In this document: in pieces, positions 1 to 10,841 of the stretch
Layout: each line of letters opens with the position of its first letter
Position numbering within the stretch: the first letter of the stretch is position 1
Assembly (NCBI GenBank): GCA_020184695.1
Contig: JAANOX010000250.1
Location: 1-60,163 of the forward strand
Source: Histomonas meleagridis 2922-C6/04-290x
Lineage: Eukaryota; Protista; Parabasalia
DNA length: 60,163 nt
Direction of reading: 5' to 3'
Position numbers and translations under genes: made by a program
Notes under the pieces: model-generated
Databases searched by the model: none
Seen by the model: the letters and a program-made list of their open reading frames with translations, nothing else
What the model was told of the DNA's origin: nothing

Positions 1-106
1 ACCCTGTATTTTGACAAATCCGGACAAACCGTCACATGACTTTTGAGTAAGTAAACGATCAATAACCATCGAAATAATTGAAATAAAAATTGACTTAAAT
101 CGCATT

Positions 107-1103
107 TTGAAGATCATGAACAATTCCATTTCACAGTTAAAAAGAATATTTAAAATAGTTCACCGTACTTACAAACATCATGAAATCAACGAAATATTGG
201 ACTATCTTACGAACGAACAGCTTCCTTATGGCGCAATTACTCAAATTTCACGTGACACAGGGATACCCAAGCAGACATTGAGTGATTGGCGAAAGCATCG
301 CCTAGCACCTGGTGGTCAAAACTGGTTCCCGAATCCATCATCGCAGCCTCAAAAACATTCACTTCCCAAAAAAACAGAAGATTCAATTTTTGAATTTATA
401 TATGAGGAATACTTGAAACCAGGAATACCAGCAATCAGACAAACAGTTCATGATGTTGCCATTAATGCATTCTCTTCTTCAGACATATTCCAGGTGGAGA
501 GGTTTTGTGCTTCAAATTGTTGGTTTGATAGGTTACTAAAATTCTACAATTTGAATTTGCGGAAATCACATGCCGAAAGGAGAACCACCGTCAATGATGA
601 ATATGCACAATATTTTTTTCGAAGACTTGAATAGATAAAAGATATTTATCCTCCGTCCCACATTATTAACTTCGATGAAACCAGCTGGTGCCTTTATATG
701 GCTCCTACAAAGGTTCTCGCAGAAAAGGGACAAGAATATATCAAAATTAAAGTCAATATAAATGAAAAACAAAGAATTACTGCATTTTCCTCAAAAACCT
801 GCGAAAATGAGTAACTCCCATTATGGGTATTAGCTAAAGGTAAGACACCCAGATGTCTTACCAAGTTTGGGCAATTCTCTGTACATTGAACTCCTTTATG
901 TTCCTGCAGGAGGAACTTCTCTTTATCAACCCCATGATAGAAGAATTTTTGGAAAGCTCAAAGCCAGAGCACGTCACCAATTCATGGTGAGACAAAATCT
1001 CTTTGGTCCCCCAACCTCATTTTACGATGTTGGGGTTTCGATCCTGATTGATTACTGGAATGCAATCTCAGGAGAAAATGGGAAAAACTCATGGAATATG
1101 TAA
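107..1103 (+). pseudogene. pogo/Tigger-like (DDE_1) transposase, disrupted
   Basis: N-terminal HTH (ISRDTGIPKQTLSDW) and CENP-B-like F.ASN.W...L. After the stop at 634 the frame continues IINFDETSW and LPLWVLAKG; after a frameshift it reads GGTSLYQPHDRRIFGKLK. Confidence 0.75.
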
Positions 1104-1170
1104 AAATAAAAACACCACGGCCCATAAAATACTAGAGGAGCTCATGGTACGCAGTTGAAGGGCTGTTCAC

Positions 1171-1990
1171 TAAAAAAAAAGGCAACTTTAAATACAATTA
1201 AATTATATGTTGCTTCATTTTCACATTATTTTCGTATTAATGATTAAAATGATGCAACAAATTTAAAGAATTTTAAAAATCAATTAAATTAAGTTTAACT
1301 TTAAATCCCCCTCATCAAAAAAAAGGGGTATTTAAAGAAATAATGTCCAAAATTGTCAATCAAATTGATTTGACAAAATACTATAATTTACGATTTATGA
1401 CTGCTATAAGTTAGATGCATTATGGATTTTTAAGAATTTCTGAACTTACAAATTTAAAATAAAATGATATTTTAATTGAAGAAAATGGAATTACTTTAAA
1501 TATTCGAATTTCAAAAAATGATTCATTTGGAAAAGGATGTATTTGTCATATACAAAATTCGAATACACCTTATTCTCCTCATATTTTATTAAATAGACTT
1601 AAAGAATTTTCCAATTTTAAATCAAAAACATATCCATTCAAATATAATATATCCAATTTTAATTCTAAATTAAGAATTCTTATTGATTTAATTGGTATTA
1701 AAGATACTCAAAATTATTCTTCTCATAGTCTTAGAAGAGGAGGAACTACTGAAGCTGCAAGAGCAGGAATTCAAAATAATGTAATAAAACAACATGGTAG
1801 ATGGAAATCTACAATTTTTATGTTATACACCTCAATTGAAAGAAAAGAAGCTGGGAAAATTATCACCGATTTAATTTAAGTAAACAATTAATTTTAATTT
1901 TTATTAAAAAATATGTTTCTTATTGAGAAATTTTGAGTATAATAAATGATTTAAAATCAACGGTTATTTATTGAATTTTTTTCTGAAAAA
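1171..1990 (+). pseudogene. Tyrosine recombinase remnant (5'-truncated copy of the element at 49392..52383)
   Basis: Manual translation gives FLRISEL, RISKND, HSLRRGGTTEAA, HGRWKS and MLYT, with the terminal stop at 1877-1879 and internal stops. Near-identical DNA lies at ~49740..50580. Confidence 0.85.
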
Positions 1991-2203
1991 AAGTGGTATA
2001 GAATTTTGTTTTTAATGTCTTTTGATTCAATTTCGACGTACATTTGTAGATAATTGGCGGGTTTATATTAACAACGTTATCGTTTAGCGGTTTGTCGAGA
2101 AACAGGGTAATGACTGCATTAATGAAGACAACAAGAATGAAATCAGCAAATTACAATATATCTAAAGCATCAGAAGACATAAATAATATTTGCTCCTCAT
2201 TTT

Positions 2204-2265
2204 TGAAGTGGTTATCATGCTAGTCTTCCAAGCTTGTGATCCGGGTTCGATTCCCAGGCAACGCA
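2204..2265 (+). tRNA. tRNA-Gly(TCC) pseudogene lacking the 5' acceptor strand
   Basis: D-arm TGA-AGTGGTTA-TCAT, anticodon loop CTTCCAA, T-arm CCGGG-TTCGATT-CCCAG, 3' acceptor strand GCAACGC-A, then an oligo-T terminator. The expected 5' GCGTTGC is absent. Confidence 0.75.
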
Positions 2266-2350
2266 TTTTTTTTTTAAATACTTCAAATATCACATTTTTT
2301 TTTCTTTTTTCATTCCATATGTAGCATTCCATACAATAATTGATATTTTA

Positions 2351-3750
2351 GGCTTTGATGCAAAACGCCCTCCATTTTGCGGTTTTTGAACGATAGGAAA
2401 TTTGAGGAAAAATAGAAATGCCACATTAGGGCACCCCATCCATCATCCTGACGGCCGGTTTCGATCGTTATCCATTGAAAAACTTATTTGATACATATTA
2501 ATATATATATTTTGACAGACAAAATATTTGACATAACGATAATATTCAAGTTATTAAATAAAATATATAAGATTTATTATAACGGTTATCGATAAAAATT
2601 TATTCATATTTTTTGTTTGTAAAGTAGTCAAAAAAAGTCGATCATATTGATGCAATTGCAATTCGAAACCATTAAGAAAGTGTCAAAATTAAATGACAAA
2701 AGCTTTATCAAATGGGCCTCTGAGCAGGGAATCATTCCTGATATCCACCAAATTCAAATATGTCCGAAATGTCAATCGTTAATGAAAGTTTATTTCTCAC
2801 CAAGTTACCCTGATGGTGCTGTATATAGATGCTGCTCAAGTAAATGCAGAAATTCAAAATCAATCAGATTAGATTCATGGGTATCACAATCAAAACTTTC
2901 ATTAAGGGGATTTGTTCACATTTTAGCATGTTGGGTAGAAGGTTTTGATATAAGAACTACATCTAAAATTACAGGTGTATGTGAACGATCAGTAATAACA
3001 AGGTTTCAAACTTTTCGATCTATTGCAGAAAAAGAATATCGAAAAGATATAGCTCAGAATTTACTTGGTGATGGAATAGTCGAAATTGATGAAAGTCATT
3101 TTTTCGGTGCTAAATACAACAAAGGAAGTGCATTGGAAAAAGAAGAAATTTGGGTTTTTGGCGAAATAGACAGTAAAACAATGAGAGTTGTTGCTGAGAT
3201 TTGCGAAAATAGATCGAAAGAAGTTCTCATTCCAATTATTTGTTCAACAGTTAGACCTAATTCAGAAATTTGGTCTGATGAATGGAAGCCATATAATACT
3301 CTTAGTGATTTAGGTTATGTACACAAAACAGTAAATCACTCAGAAAATTTTGTAGATTTAATTACTGAGGCAAATACTTACAAAATAGAAGGTACATGGA
3401 ATCTAATAAAAGGATACCTCATAAAAAATGGATTTAGAGATAGAAATTATCTCGAATCATATATCCATGAATGGTGCTTTCGAAGAAATATAGGAAATAC
3501 ATTTGAAAAATGCTGGAAAGCAATAATTGGTGAAATTTCTTAATAAACTAATCATAATTTAAAATATTTTTATTAGAAAAATGATTTCGAAGTGTATCAG
3601 ACTATCCAATAAGATATTTTGCCATTATTCACTTTTTGAAATGACTTTGATCTCTATATCAAAAGTCGAATATTTTTATTGCCACTTTTTTCCTTTCAAA
3701 TTTCCTATCGTTCAAAAACCGCAAAATGGAGGGCGTTATGCATTATAACC
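2351..3750 (+). mobile_element. Merlin (IS1595-family) DNA transposon, apparently complete
   Basis: GG...CC termini. ~65-bp imperfect TIRs with a shared core AACGCCCTCCATTTTGCGGTTTTTGAACGATAGGAAATTTGA. Exact 8-bp TSD ATATTTTA at 2343-2350 and 3751-3758. Confidence 0.92.
2647..3543 (+). CDS. Merlin/IS1595-type DDE transposase, intact ORF (298 aa)
   Basis: Zn-ribbon CPKC...YRCC, VEIDESHF, IWVFG, IWSDEWKPY, HKTVNHSENFVD, KIEGTW, YIHEWCFR. Confidence 0.92.
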   Translation: MMQLQFETIKKVSKLNDKSFIKWASEQGIIPDIHQIQICPKCQSLMKVYFSPSYPDGAVYRCCSSKCRNSKSIRLDSWVSQSKLSLRGFVHILACWVEGFDIRTTSKITGVCERSVITRFQTFRSIAEKEYRKDIAQNLLGDGIVEIDESHFFGAKYNKGSALEKEEIWVFGEIDSKTMRVVAEICENRSKEVLIPIICSTVRPNSEIWSDEWKPYNTLSDLGYVHKTVNHSENFVDLITEANTYKIEGTWNLIKGYLIKNGFRDRNYLESYIHEWCFRRNIGNTFEKCWKAIIGEIS

Positions 3751-4016
3751 ATATTTTAAATCAAAAAATTTTATAAACTAATGAAATATGATTTTTAATT
3801 GATTTTTTTTAACATATATTTTTTCCAGTCATTCATTATTGATGAATGATGGATTTTATATTGTATTAATTTGATAAACTGGAACCCATCAGGGAACAAA
3901 AATTCATTCAAAAAATTTTTTATTTTTTTTTTTAAATATTGATGTAAAAAATTATATATAGTGGCGATCTGGTTTATTTTAGATATTTATTTTTGGCACA
4001 ACTTAGAATCGTTGTT

Positions 4017-4610
4017 CTATATATTATATAAATAAATTTCATTGATAAATAATAAATATTTATTAGCTATAACTTTGGAATCTGGTGTTAAAAAAGTGAT
4101 CATACAATCATTATTGGCTGGTTGAGTTGTACCAAAATCATATAAATAATAATAAAAAGTACCTCCTGTGGAGATTTCACTTTGATGTAAAAAATTAACA
4201 TATATCTCTATATAATCTGAAGTAGGAGAATTGAATACTATTCGAATAAAAAAATAATAATGAGTACCATCTAATGAAATATCCAAAGCAGAATCAGTAT
4301 TTAAAGTAAATTGTGCTAAAGGAATAATATTATCAGAACCAATTGCAATTGGAATATTAACACCAATAACTGAACCAGGTTCTAATGCTAAACGGGAAGT
4401 AAGTGTCTGTCCTGGATAATTAACATTAAATGAAGAAACAATATAATCAGGAATTCTTCCATTATTCCTTAATACTTCATATGCACGATCTAAATCATAT
4501 TTAGAAAGTGGGGATTTATGAGGTCCTACTAACTTACGTTGTAAGACTCGTTTATTATTTCGTGAATAATATGATTCACTAATAGGTTGAATACGATGTG
4601 GATCAAACAT
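4017..4610 (-). CDS. Unknown viral ORF downstream of capsid (197 aa from ATG at 4610), beta-strand-rich C-terminal part
   Basis: Open frame starting 28 nt after the capsid stop; codon style like the other viral ORFs; no recognisable family. Confidence 0.6.
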   Translation of the reverse strand: MFDPHRIQPISESYYSRNNKRVLQRKLVGPHKSPLSKYDLDRAYEVLRNNGRIPDYIVSSFNVNYPGQTLTSRLALEPGSVIGVNIPIAIGSDNIIPLAQFTLNTDSALDISLDGTHYYFFIRIVFNSPTSDYIEIYVNFLHQSEISTGGTFYYYLYDFGTTQPANNDCMITFLTPDSKVIANKYLLFINEIYLYNI

Positions 4611-4638
4611 AAAAATAAAAGTGGGACATAATTTTTTA

Positions 4639-5062
4639 TTAATATGTAACTGCATAATTTAACTGAACACCTAAAAACTTTTGATTAATTACAGTACCTG
4701 GTATTGCTACACGAAGAACCAATGCAATACTATCACCTGAATTCAAATTACGTGTCAACCTAGTACGAAATACTTGAGTTTGTGCAGCATTAGGGGTAAC
4801 GTACATTATAACATTTTGATTAGGTTCATATAATGAAACAGTACAACTTGGGTACCCAAACTAATGTTTTGTATAGCAGTACCATCAGGTACATATACCA
4901 AGGCCCAAAGTAATGGAATAGGAATATCTGTAATCATTTTTAAAGTGAAATTCTTTTATTGAAATTAATAGGATCGGAACTATTATATGTCTTATTAGAA
5001 TTCTTTACAGTCTTCAATGGACGTCCACGTGTATAACTTCGTCTACGTAACCTAGGAGGCAT
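4639..5062 (-). pseudogene. cap: CRESS virus capsid protein, frameshifted and internally deleted
   Basis: Manual translation: Arg-rich MPPRLRRRSYTRGRPLKTVK, then WALVYVPDG, SLYEPNQNVIM, FRTRLTRNLNSGDSIALV, VQLNYAVTY*. At least two frame changes. Confidence 0.85.
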
Positions 5063-5075
5063 GACAATAAAAAAT

Positions 5076-5381
5076 TTAATGTTGTGGAAGAATCATTAAT
5101 TGTGGGTGGATTAAATAGGAAGGAACATCCTTACGGCGACGATCATATCGTATGGCACCGATAGATGATATAGGCATAACAATGACCCAATTCTCTATCA
5201 ACTGAGGATTCTCTTTAATAAAGTACTTAAGTAAGCCAACATTACTAAAGTAAATAGACTTGACTTGGCCTTCATTATTCGGCATAAGACAGGGTGCAGG
5301 AGGAGTAAATACTGGAGGAGCTTGAAACGGTTTTTCTACATCGTCAGACTACATCGATTCAGTATCCAGTATGTATTCCAT
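5076..5381 (-). pseudogene. Small viral ORF upstream of capsid, one in-frame TAG
   Basis: MEYILDTESM*SDDVEKPFQAPPVFTPPAP continues in frame into the listed 5076..5285 ORF. Confidence 0.5.
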
Positions 5382-5608
5382 TCGACTTAAAAATAAAAAC
5401 GAAGTTCCCACAATAGTGACGAGTTAGGAACTTGCTTATGACATGTTACATGAAAAACTTTAACTTTACAACATGTCAATTGAATACTTTATTAAAAAAA
5501 ATTAATTGAATGCTAAAAATTCCAACGGTTAGAAAATGTATGAGAAATCAATTATAAAATAAAATTTCAATTAAAAATAAACGTCAATGAATTAATATCA
5601 TTTTATCA

Positions 5609-6178
5609 ATGAAAGGTCAAGAAACAGTAAGAACGGAAGCAGAATTAAACCCGAGAAGTACAGTGTGGTTCGGCACAGTTAACAATTATTCACAACAACA
5701 GTATGAAGATATTCGAAGATTCTTAAGAGATGATTGCAAATACGGTATAGTGTGTAAGGAAATAGGACCAAATGAAGGAACACAACATTTACATTTTTAC
5801 TGCAGATTCAGGAACAGACATTATAAACAATCAGTGTATAGACTTATAGGATTCGAGGATTTCCATCTGGAACCCGCAAAATCAAGTGAAGGAAATTGTG
5901 TTGCATACTGTAGAAAGGATGGCAATTGGGCGGAGTTCGGCGATTTACCTGTGTACACAAGGAAGAAACTGGGAGATAATGAATATTATCAAAATTTAAT
6001 GCAAGATATCGAGAATTTAAATATAGACCAACTGGAAATCAAATACCCAAAACAAATGATAATTCACAGATCTCAGATAGAACGTGTTAGAAGGGACAAC
6101 ATGTTAACAACAGGTTACCAACTACTAGTTCCATCTGACCATTTTATGTGGAACAACAATCCTTGTTTTATGACATGA
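5609..6178 (+). pseudogene. rep: CRESS Rep, HUH endonuclease domain only (SF3 helicase lost)
   Basis: Motif I WFGTVNN, motif II TQHLHFY, motif III YCRK. No Walker A follows; the sequence switches to retroelement DNA at ~6110-6170. Confidence 0.88.
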
Positions 6179-7790
6179 TCGATGATAGCATTTACGTTGT
6201 ACTCCATATTAGTAAAATGACACTTTTATTATATTCTCCATTTTATTTTACTTCATGGGAAGATGGTGGAGCAGGACTGAAAGATTTAAATGATAGGAAT
6301 AATGATTAGATTAGTTCAAGTTTTCTAAAGTTATGGTTTTCGAAAGATATGTTACTAAGAGATTTATTTCGAACTTTATGTTGGGAAGAAAAATCGTTTA
6401 GATATAATAATGTCGAAGAAAACACAAATGATAACGATATTTTCTTAAATGTTTTCAACAAGGACATGAGAAAAAATACACCTGGAACTTCAAACCTTTT
6501 TAGCCGGGTAATTCATGCACTTGAAGATAACAATTTAATCTTAAACTTGAACTATCTACCCACAGATAATTTATTAAACCCAGATGACTCAGATATAGAT
6601 CCTTTCGAATTCAATGGAAATGAAATTGAACCAGACAATCCTGAAGAATATATTACATTAAAATTTCTAGATGTGAATGAAGTGTATTCATTCGATCAAA
6701 ATGAATTCCTAAACATTATGAACAATTATCACAAAAACTTCCATTATGCAAATTTGATTAAATTACCTCTTAGAGGTCATACCTTTAAAACCCTTTATAA
6801 ATCTAAATTATCTAATTATTTCATGAATGACTATAAATGTAAAATTAAAGATAATATAATTAAATTTAGTATACAAGCTAGAACTAATAGCTTCTATACT
6901 GGGCAACATCAAAGACTTGCTAACCATGATGAGAACATAGGTTTATGTCCTTATTGTGGTCAAATAAATTCCTTAAGACATAGATTAAATGATTGTAAAA
7001 CAGTTATTAATACATATAAGAAAAGACATGATGCAGTTATTAAAGAATTATGTGAAATGTTAAAAGCAAAACCTGGTAACAAACCAATTATTCACCTCGA
7101 CTCAACTATTAAAAATGTCCAAAATAATAATAATTTATTTGAAGGCGAGAACAGAAGATGTAAACCTGATATCTGGTACTGTAATAATCAGGGTTACACT
7201 TTAATCGAGGTAACAATTCCTTATGGAGATGTTGATGAGAATGACATTAATTCTTTAAATGAAAGATACGATCAGAAGAAAGATAAATATACAAGTTTAT
7301 GTAAGGATATCAAAGAACAATCCGGTCTAGAAGTCAACTATTATGTTATAGTCATTTCATCATTAGGCGCTTGGTTTAAACAAATCATTAGATGAATTGA
7401 GAACTCTTGCAGGTTCTAAAGATTTGTTTAAGAGATTTGCGAAGAGAATAACTGTAGCAACTTTAAGGGAATCACAACGACTAATTTATAATAATTTGGA
7501 TAATAATAATGGAATTATTGAATCACAATCAGAAGAAGAAGAATCCGAATCCGAGAGCATAGCGAACACGGACCAGTCTCTTACATCCGAAGGTTCAGGT
7601 GATGAAGTTCAAACAGATGAACTAAATGAGCTTTATGCAAATTTGGTGATTCTAAACTCAAGAGATCATTCTACTTCGGATGGTTCTCACTTAGAGAATG
7701 GCAACTCAGAAGCATACGTCATCACCAGATGATGAATAACTTAATTTGAACTTAATCTTAATTTCTTTTAAAGATAATTATAAATGAATA
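6170..7790 (+). mobile_element. 3' fragment of a site-specific-type non-LTR retrotransposon (REL endonuclease, R2/NeSL-like)
   Basis: RT-thumb remnant FYFTSWEDGGAGL, QARTNS, CCHC knuckle CPYC...HRLNDC, RHD, KPDIW, IEVTIPY, KKDKY, VISSLG. The RT core is absent. Confidence 0.85.
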
Positions 7791-9099
7791 AACCACACGG
7801 GAGGAGATTTTTTTTGATTTTTCATGAATATTAGTTTTTTGCAGCGGAGAACTTAATATTCGGATTCAGCTCCCCAAGGGCACTCGAATGATATAGTTTT
7901 TTCTGAATCGAAAATTGCATCAGATAATTTCAAGATTGATGATCCCTCAGACATAGAACAACCACGTTACATTGAAAGCCCTCTTCCAGAAGGTGAGGAA
8001 GAAGACCCAGAAATCGGAAATCGTGATGAAAATTTTTCTGATTTCGAAATCAGATTTGATGCGACTCAATCCTTACAACAAGAGATACTATCAGTACGAG
8101 ATATTCATCATGGTACTATTATACAACCGTGGGAAATTTGAATACTACTTTTTCATAAAGTGGAGGTACCATTCAATCATAATGGAGAATTTGAATAATA
8201 TGTAATTTGCATTCTGAAATCGGCTCTCAATTTGTTTTCTATAGAATTATAATTCAATTTCATATTGAATTATTTACAATTTTCGCTATGTTTTTTTTAA
8301 TAAAGATAAAATTTGGCAAATAGGGTGTGGAATGAATGCTGTAATATTTCATTTTCTGCTTTCTGATTTATGTTAATTCTCACTTATATGTGCTAACTCT
8401 CATTTATTTTAATTTATTTTCACTTATACATGTTCATTATCAACTATATGTGTTTATTTTTATTTATTTTATGTACCAACATCTGCTCAAATCATTCAAA
8501 TATAATTTGGCAAATATATATTTTGAACGACCTTCATTTGATATAGATAATACATAGTGAACATGTGGTTTAGTTATAGATGAATTCAAACTTATTCTGA
8601 TATCAGAAATGGAGCTCATATGATTAATTATATTCAAAAAGTTTATAAATCAATGTTTACATTATTATTTCAATGAGCAATTGATTTATTTATTTCCATC
8701 AAACCTCCACAAAACATCGTATATTTTTTTCTATTTATTTTAATTGCTTTGATCGTCGTAAAAATTAATTAAATTTTATACAATTTTAAATTGATAAATC
8801 GTAATTAATATGTAGAACATGACAATTCATAAAAATTTATATGCGAAGCAATTGATATTATGAATCAATATATAAAATATTGATTAAGTCATAAATGAAT
8901 TTTAATGTAACATTGATATAAAATTTGTGTTGTAATTTAGATACGGTAGGTATATAATGCATCACTTTTCACAAAAATTTATAAAAAACCTCGCATAATC
9001 AACATGAATTGTCCCCGGTTATGTTTGGCCGACCATTCATTATATTAATTTTATCTTTGGCCGAACAAATATCTTGCTTGGACGCATAGCAAACTTATT

Positions 9100-9620
9100 T
9101 CAAAAGAACCAATGGTCAGCATACACAATTTTTAAAATGACACTTCATTACTTCACTCTCTACTACGAATGCTGAGTTCTATTCAGTTACAAAAATTGCT
9201 GATTTTCTTAAAGTGAAAGACCCAGATGCTGTAGCAGTAGTCATATTTTTCGTACCAAAAGATGATAAATTAGGCAATTTCAACAATTTTATTATTAAAC
9301 CAATTGGTATGATTATCATAAACATAAAAATTTTCAAGATTTTTATTTTGTTCATATAGAGTTGATCGGATTCTTCTAACAAAGAAATATCAAAGTATCA
9401 ATACCAATAACTGATAACAAATAGCCACCACTTACTAATAATATTCATTATTTAGAGAGTCATTCAATTCAATTAGAAAGTAATTTCGGAAGATGGTATC
9501 AATCATTTCTGTATGAATCAAAGAACGATGAAGTTAATAATATACTTATTTCACATAGAATACCTGATAATCATGAATTCCAATCAGTATTTGACATGAA
9601 TTCTATCGATCGCGATAGTT
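9100..9620 (+). pseudogene. Unknown element-A protein (YSV.KIADFLK.KDPDAVAV..F.PK), decayed
   Basis: Homologous DNA at ~45360..45880 and a diverged homolog at ~41070..41230 (YSIAQIGDNIEDKDPAAIVVALFFDPK). Confidence 0.5.
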
Positions 9621-9861
9621 TTAAAGCTCTAGTTTGAATAAAAAGGTTAATCACTTCATTTTTTTAATGTCTGATAATGAATTTCCTTTTACATTTGATT
9701 TCTATGATGATGATTATTTTAATAATTTTATCACTTCACCTGTTAACATTGCTCAAAACAATGCGAAAAAGACAATTTATGTTAATAATGTTTTTTCTTC
9801 ATTATGGTCAGTAGAACAAATAGTCAAAGAATTAAATAAACAAAGAAATAATGTTTATTTT

Positions 9862-10068
9862 TTATTTATTTTCTTTTTCATAAGGTATAACATATATTTC
9901 ACTATTTTGTCGTAAAGCTGAAAATGGTATTGGTTTCTCAAATATAATTGCATTCGTAAATGACACCCTTATCTGTTTTTCTATATCTTTTAAATTTGTA
10001 ATTTCAGAAATATCTAACCTATTTTTGTTATAATAGGTTTCTATAACCTCAAATTTATAATTAGACAT
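9862..10068 (-). CDS. Small unknown element-A protein (68 aa)
   Basis: Open in element A and at 46463..46669; a diverged paralog at 46103..46324 shares the C-terminus RQNS.IYVIPYEKENK. Confidence 0.55.
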   Translation of the reverse strand: MSNYKFEVIETYYNKNRLDISEITNLKDIEKQIRVSFTNAIIFEKPIPFSALRQNSEIYVIPYEKENK

Positions 10069-10105
10069 AAATAAAAATGATTTAAATTATATTAAATTAC
10101 AATGA

Positions 10106-10188
10106 ATTTTTGAAACTAAACTATGACAAATGGGACGTAGGCGTCCTTTAAGGACGCCTGGGATTTGGCATAGTTTAGTTTCAAAAAT
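10106..10188. other. Internal palindrome of element A (20-bp perfect outer arms, AGGCGTCCTT-T-AAGGACGCCT core)
   Basis: Arms at 10106-10125 and 10169-10188 read as exact reverse complements. Confidence 0.9.
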
Positions 10189-10219
10189 CCAAAACAATAT
10201 ATATATAAATAATATTTTA

Positions 10220-10489
10220 TTATTTCTTTTGACCAACTGATGCATTTGCTACACCATCTATAACAGGTGAGAATTTATCTGCTATTTTAATTCCTTTTGC
10301 AATAGCACCTGCATGACCAGGTAAATTTTCAATTCCAGGTATTTTACCTACTGTATTTACAACAGGTTTAGCTACTTTATTCCATACATTACCAATAAAT
10401 CTACCAACTGGTTTAATAATTTTATCTCTGAAGTAAGCACCTGCTTTTTTAAATTCATTTTTAATTTTGTTCCAAAAACCCCACGCCAT
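10220..10489 (-). CDS. Basic amphipathic-helix protein (89 aa), candidate membrane-lytic virion protein
   Basis: MAWGFWNKIKNEFKKAGAYFRDKIIKPVGRFIGNVWNKVAKPV. Conserved open copy at 46822..47091. Confidence 0.65.
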   Translation of the reverse strand: MAWGFWNKIKNEFKKAGAYFRDKIIKPVGRFIGNVWNKVAKPVVNTVGKIPGIENLPGHAGAIAKGIKIADKFSPVIDGVANASVGQKK

Positions 10490-10604
10490 AAATAATAATA
10501 AAAATAAATTATTAATTCTTTTTTTATTGATAAAATATATAATGTATCTTATCATTCGCTTCATTACCTATATTTTTACTAATATTTTTAAACAATAAGA
10601 TTAT

Positions 10605-10807
10605 TTAATCATCGGTTTCAAATATTTTATCCACAGGTGACTTTTTAAGAGGTTTAATTTTTTTAATGTTTTCTTTATGTTGTTTCGCAAATTCATAATT
10701 TTTCACAATATGAGGACTAATTTTTGTGAATCCTTCTTTCATTTTATTAAGGAAAGGTCCTTTTTTTTTTTACCTGATTTAAATTTGTTCCACAAACCCC
10801 ACGCCAT
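10605..10807 (-). pseudogene. Second W-G-(F/L)-W-N-K paralog, frameshifted in an A-run
   Basis: MAWGLWNKFKSGKK...; an open relative lies at 47112..47342 (MDGGFWNKIKKGLNKF). Confidence 0.5.
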
Positions 10808-10841
10808 TAAAAATTATGAAAAATATTTTTCATTTTTATTA
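10808..10841. promoter_or_regulatory. Bidirectional Inr-type promoter between divergent genes
   Basis: Only 34 bp separate the two ATGs. The 18-bp palindrome ATGAAAAATATTTTTCAT (10816-10833) gives TCAT(T/A) on both strands. Confidence 0.55.

Larger units (their letters stand above)
4017..6178. mobile_element. Endogenous CRESS-DNA virus fragment (kirkovirus-like), ambisense layout
   Basis: Rep on +; three co-oriented ORFs including capsid on -; divergent intergenic region at 5382..5608. Confidence 0.85.

Noticed and set aside
2647-3543. Bacterial contamination suggested by the IS1595-like transposase
   Set aside because: It has the 8-bp TSD and GG termini of eukaryotic Merlin and is embedded among eukaryotic TEs and a Pol III-type tRNA remnant.
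7860-8140. Acidic open frame (DDPSDIEQPRYIESPLPEGEEEDPE...)
   Set aside because: No start and no recognisable domain; it is probably a TE C-terminal scrap and cannot be assigned.
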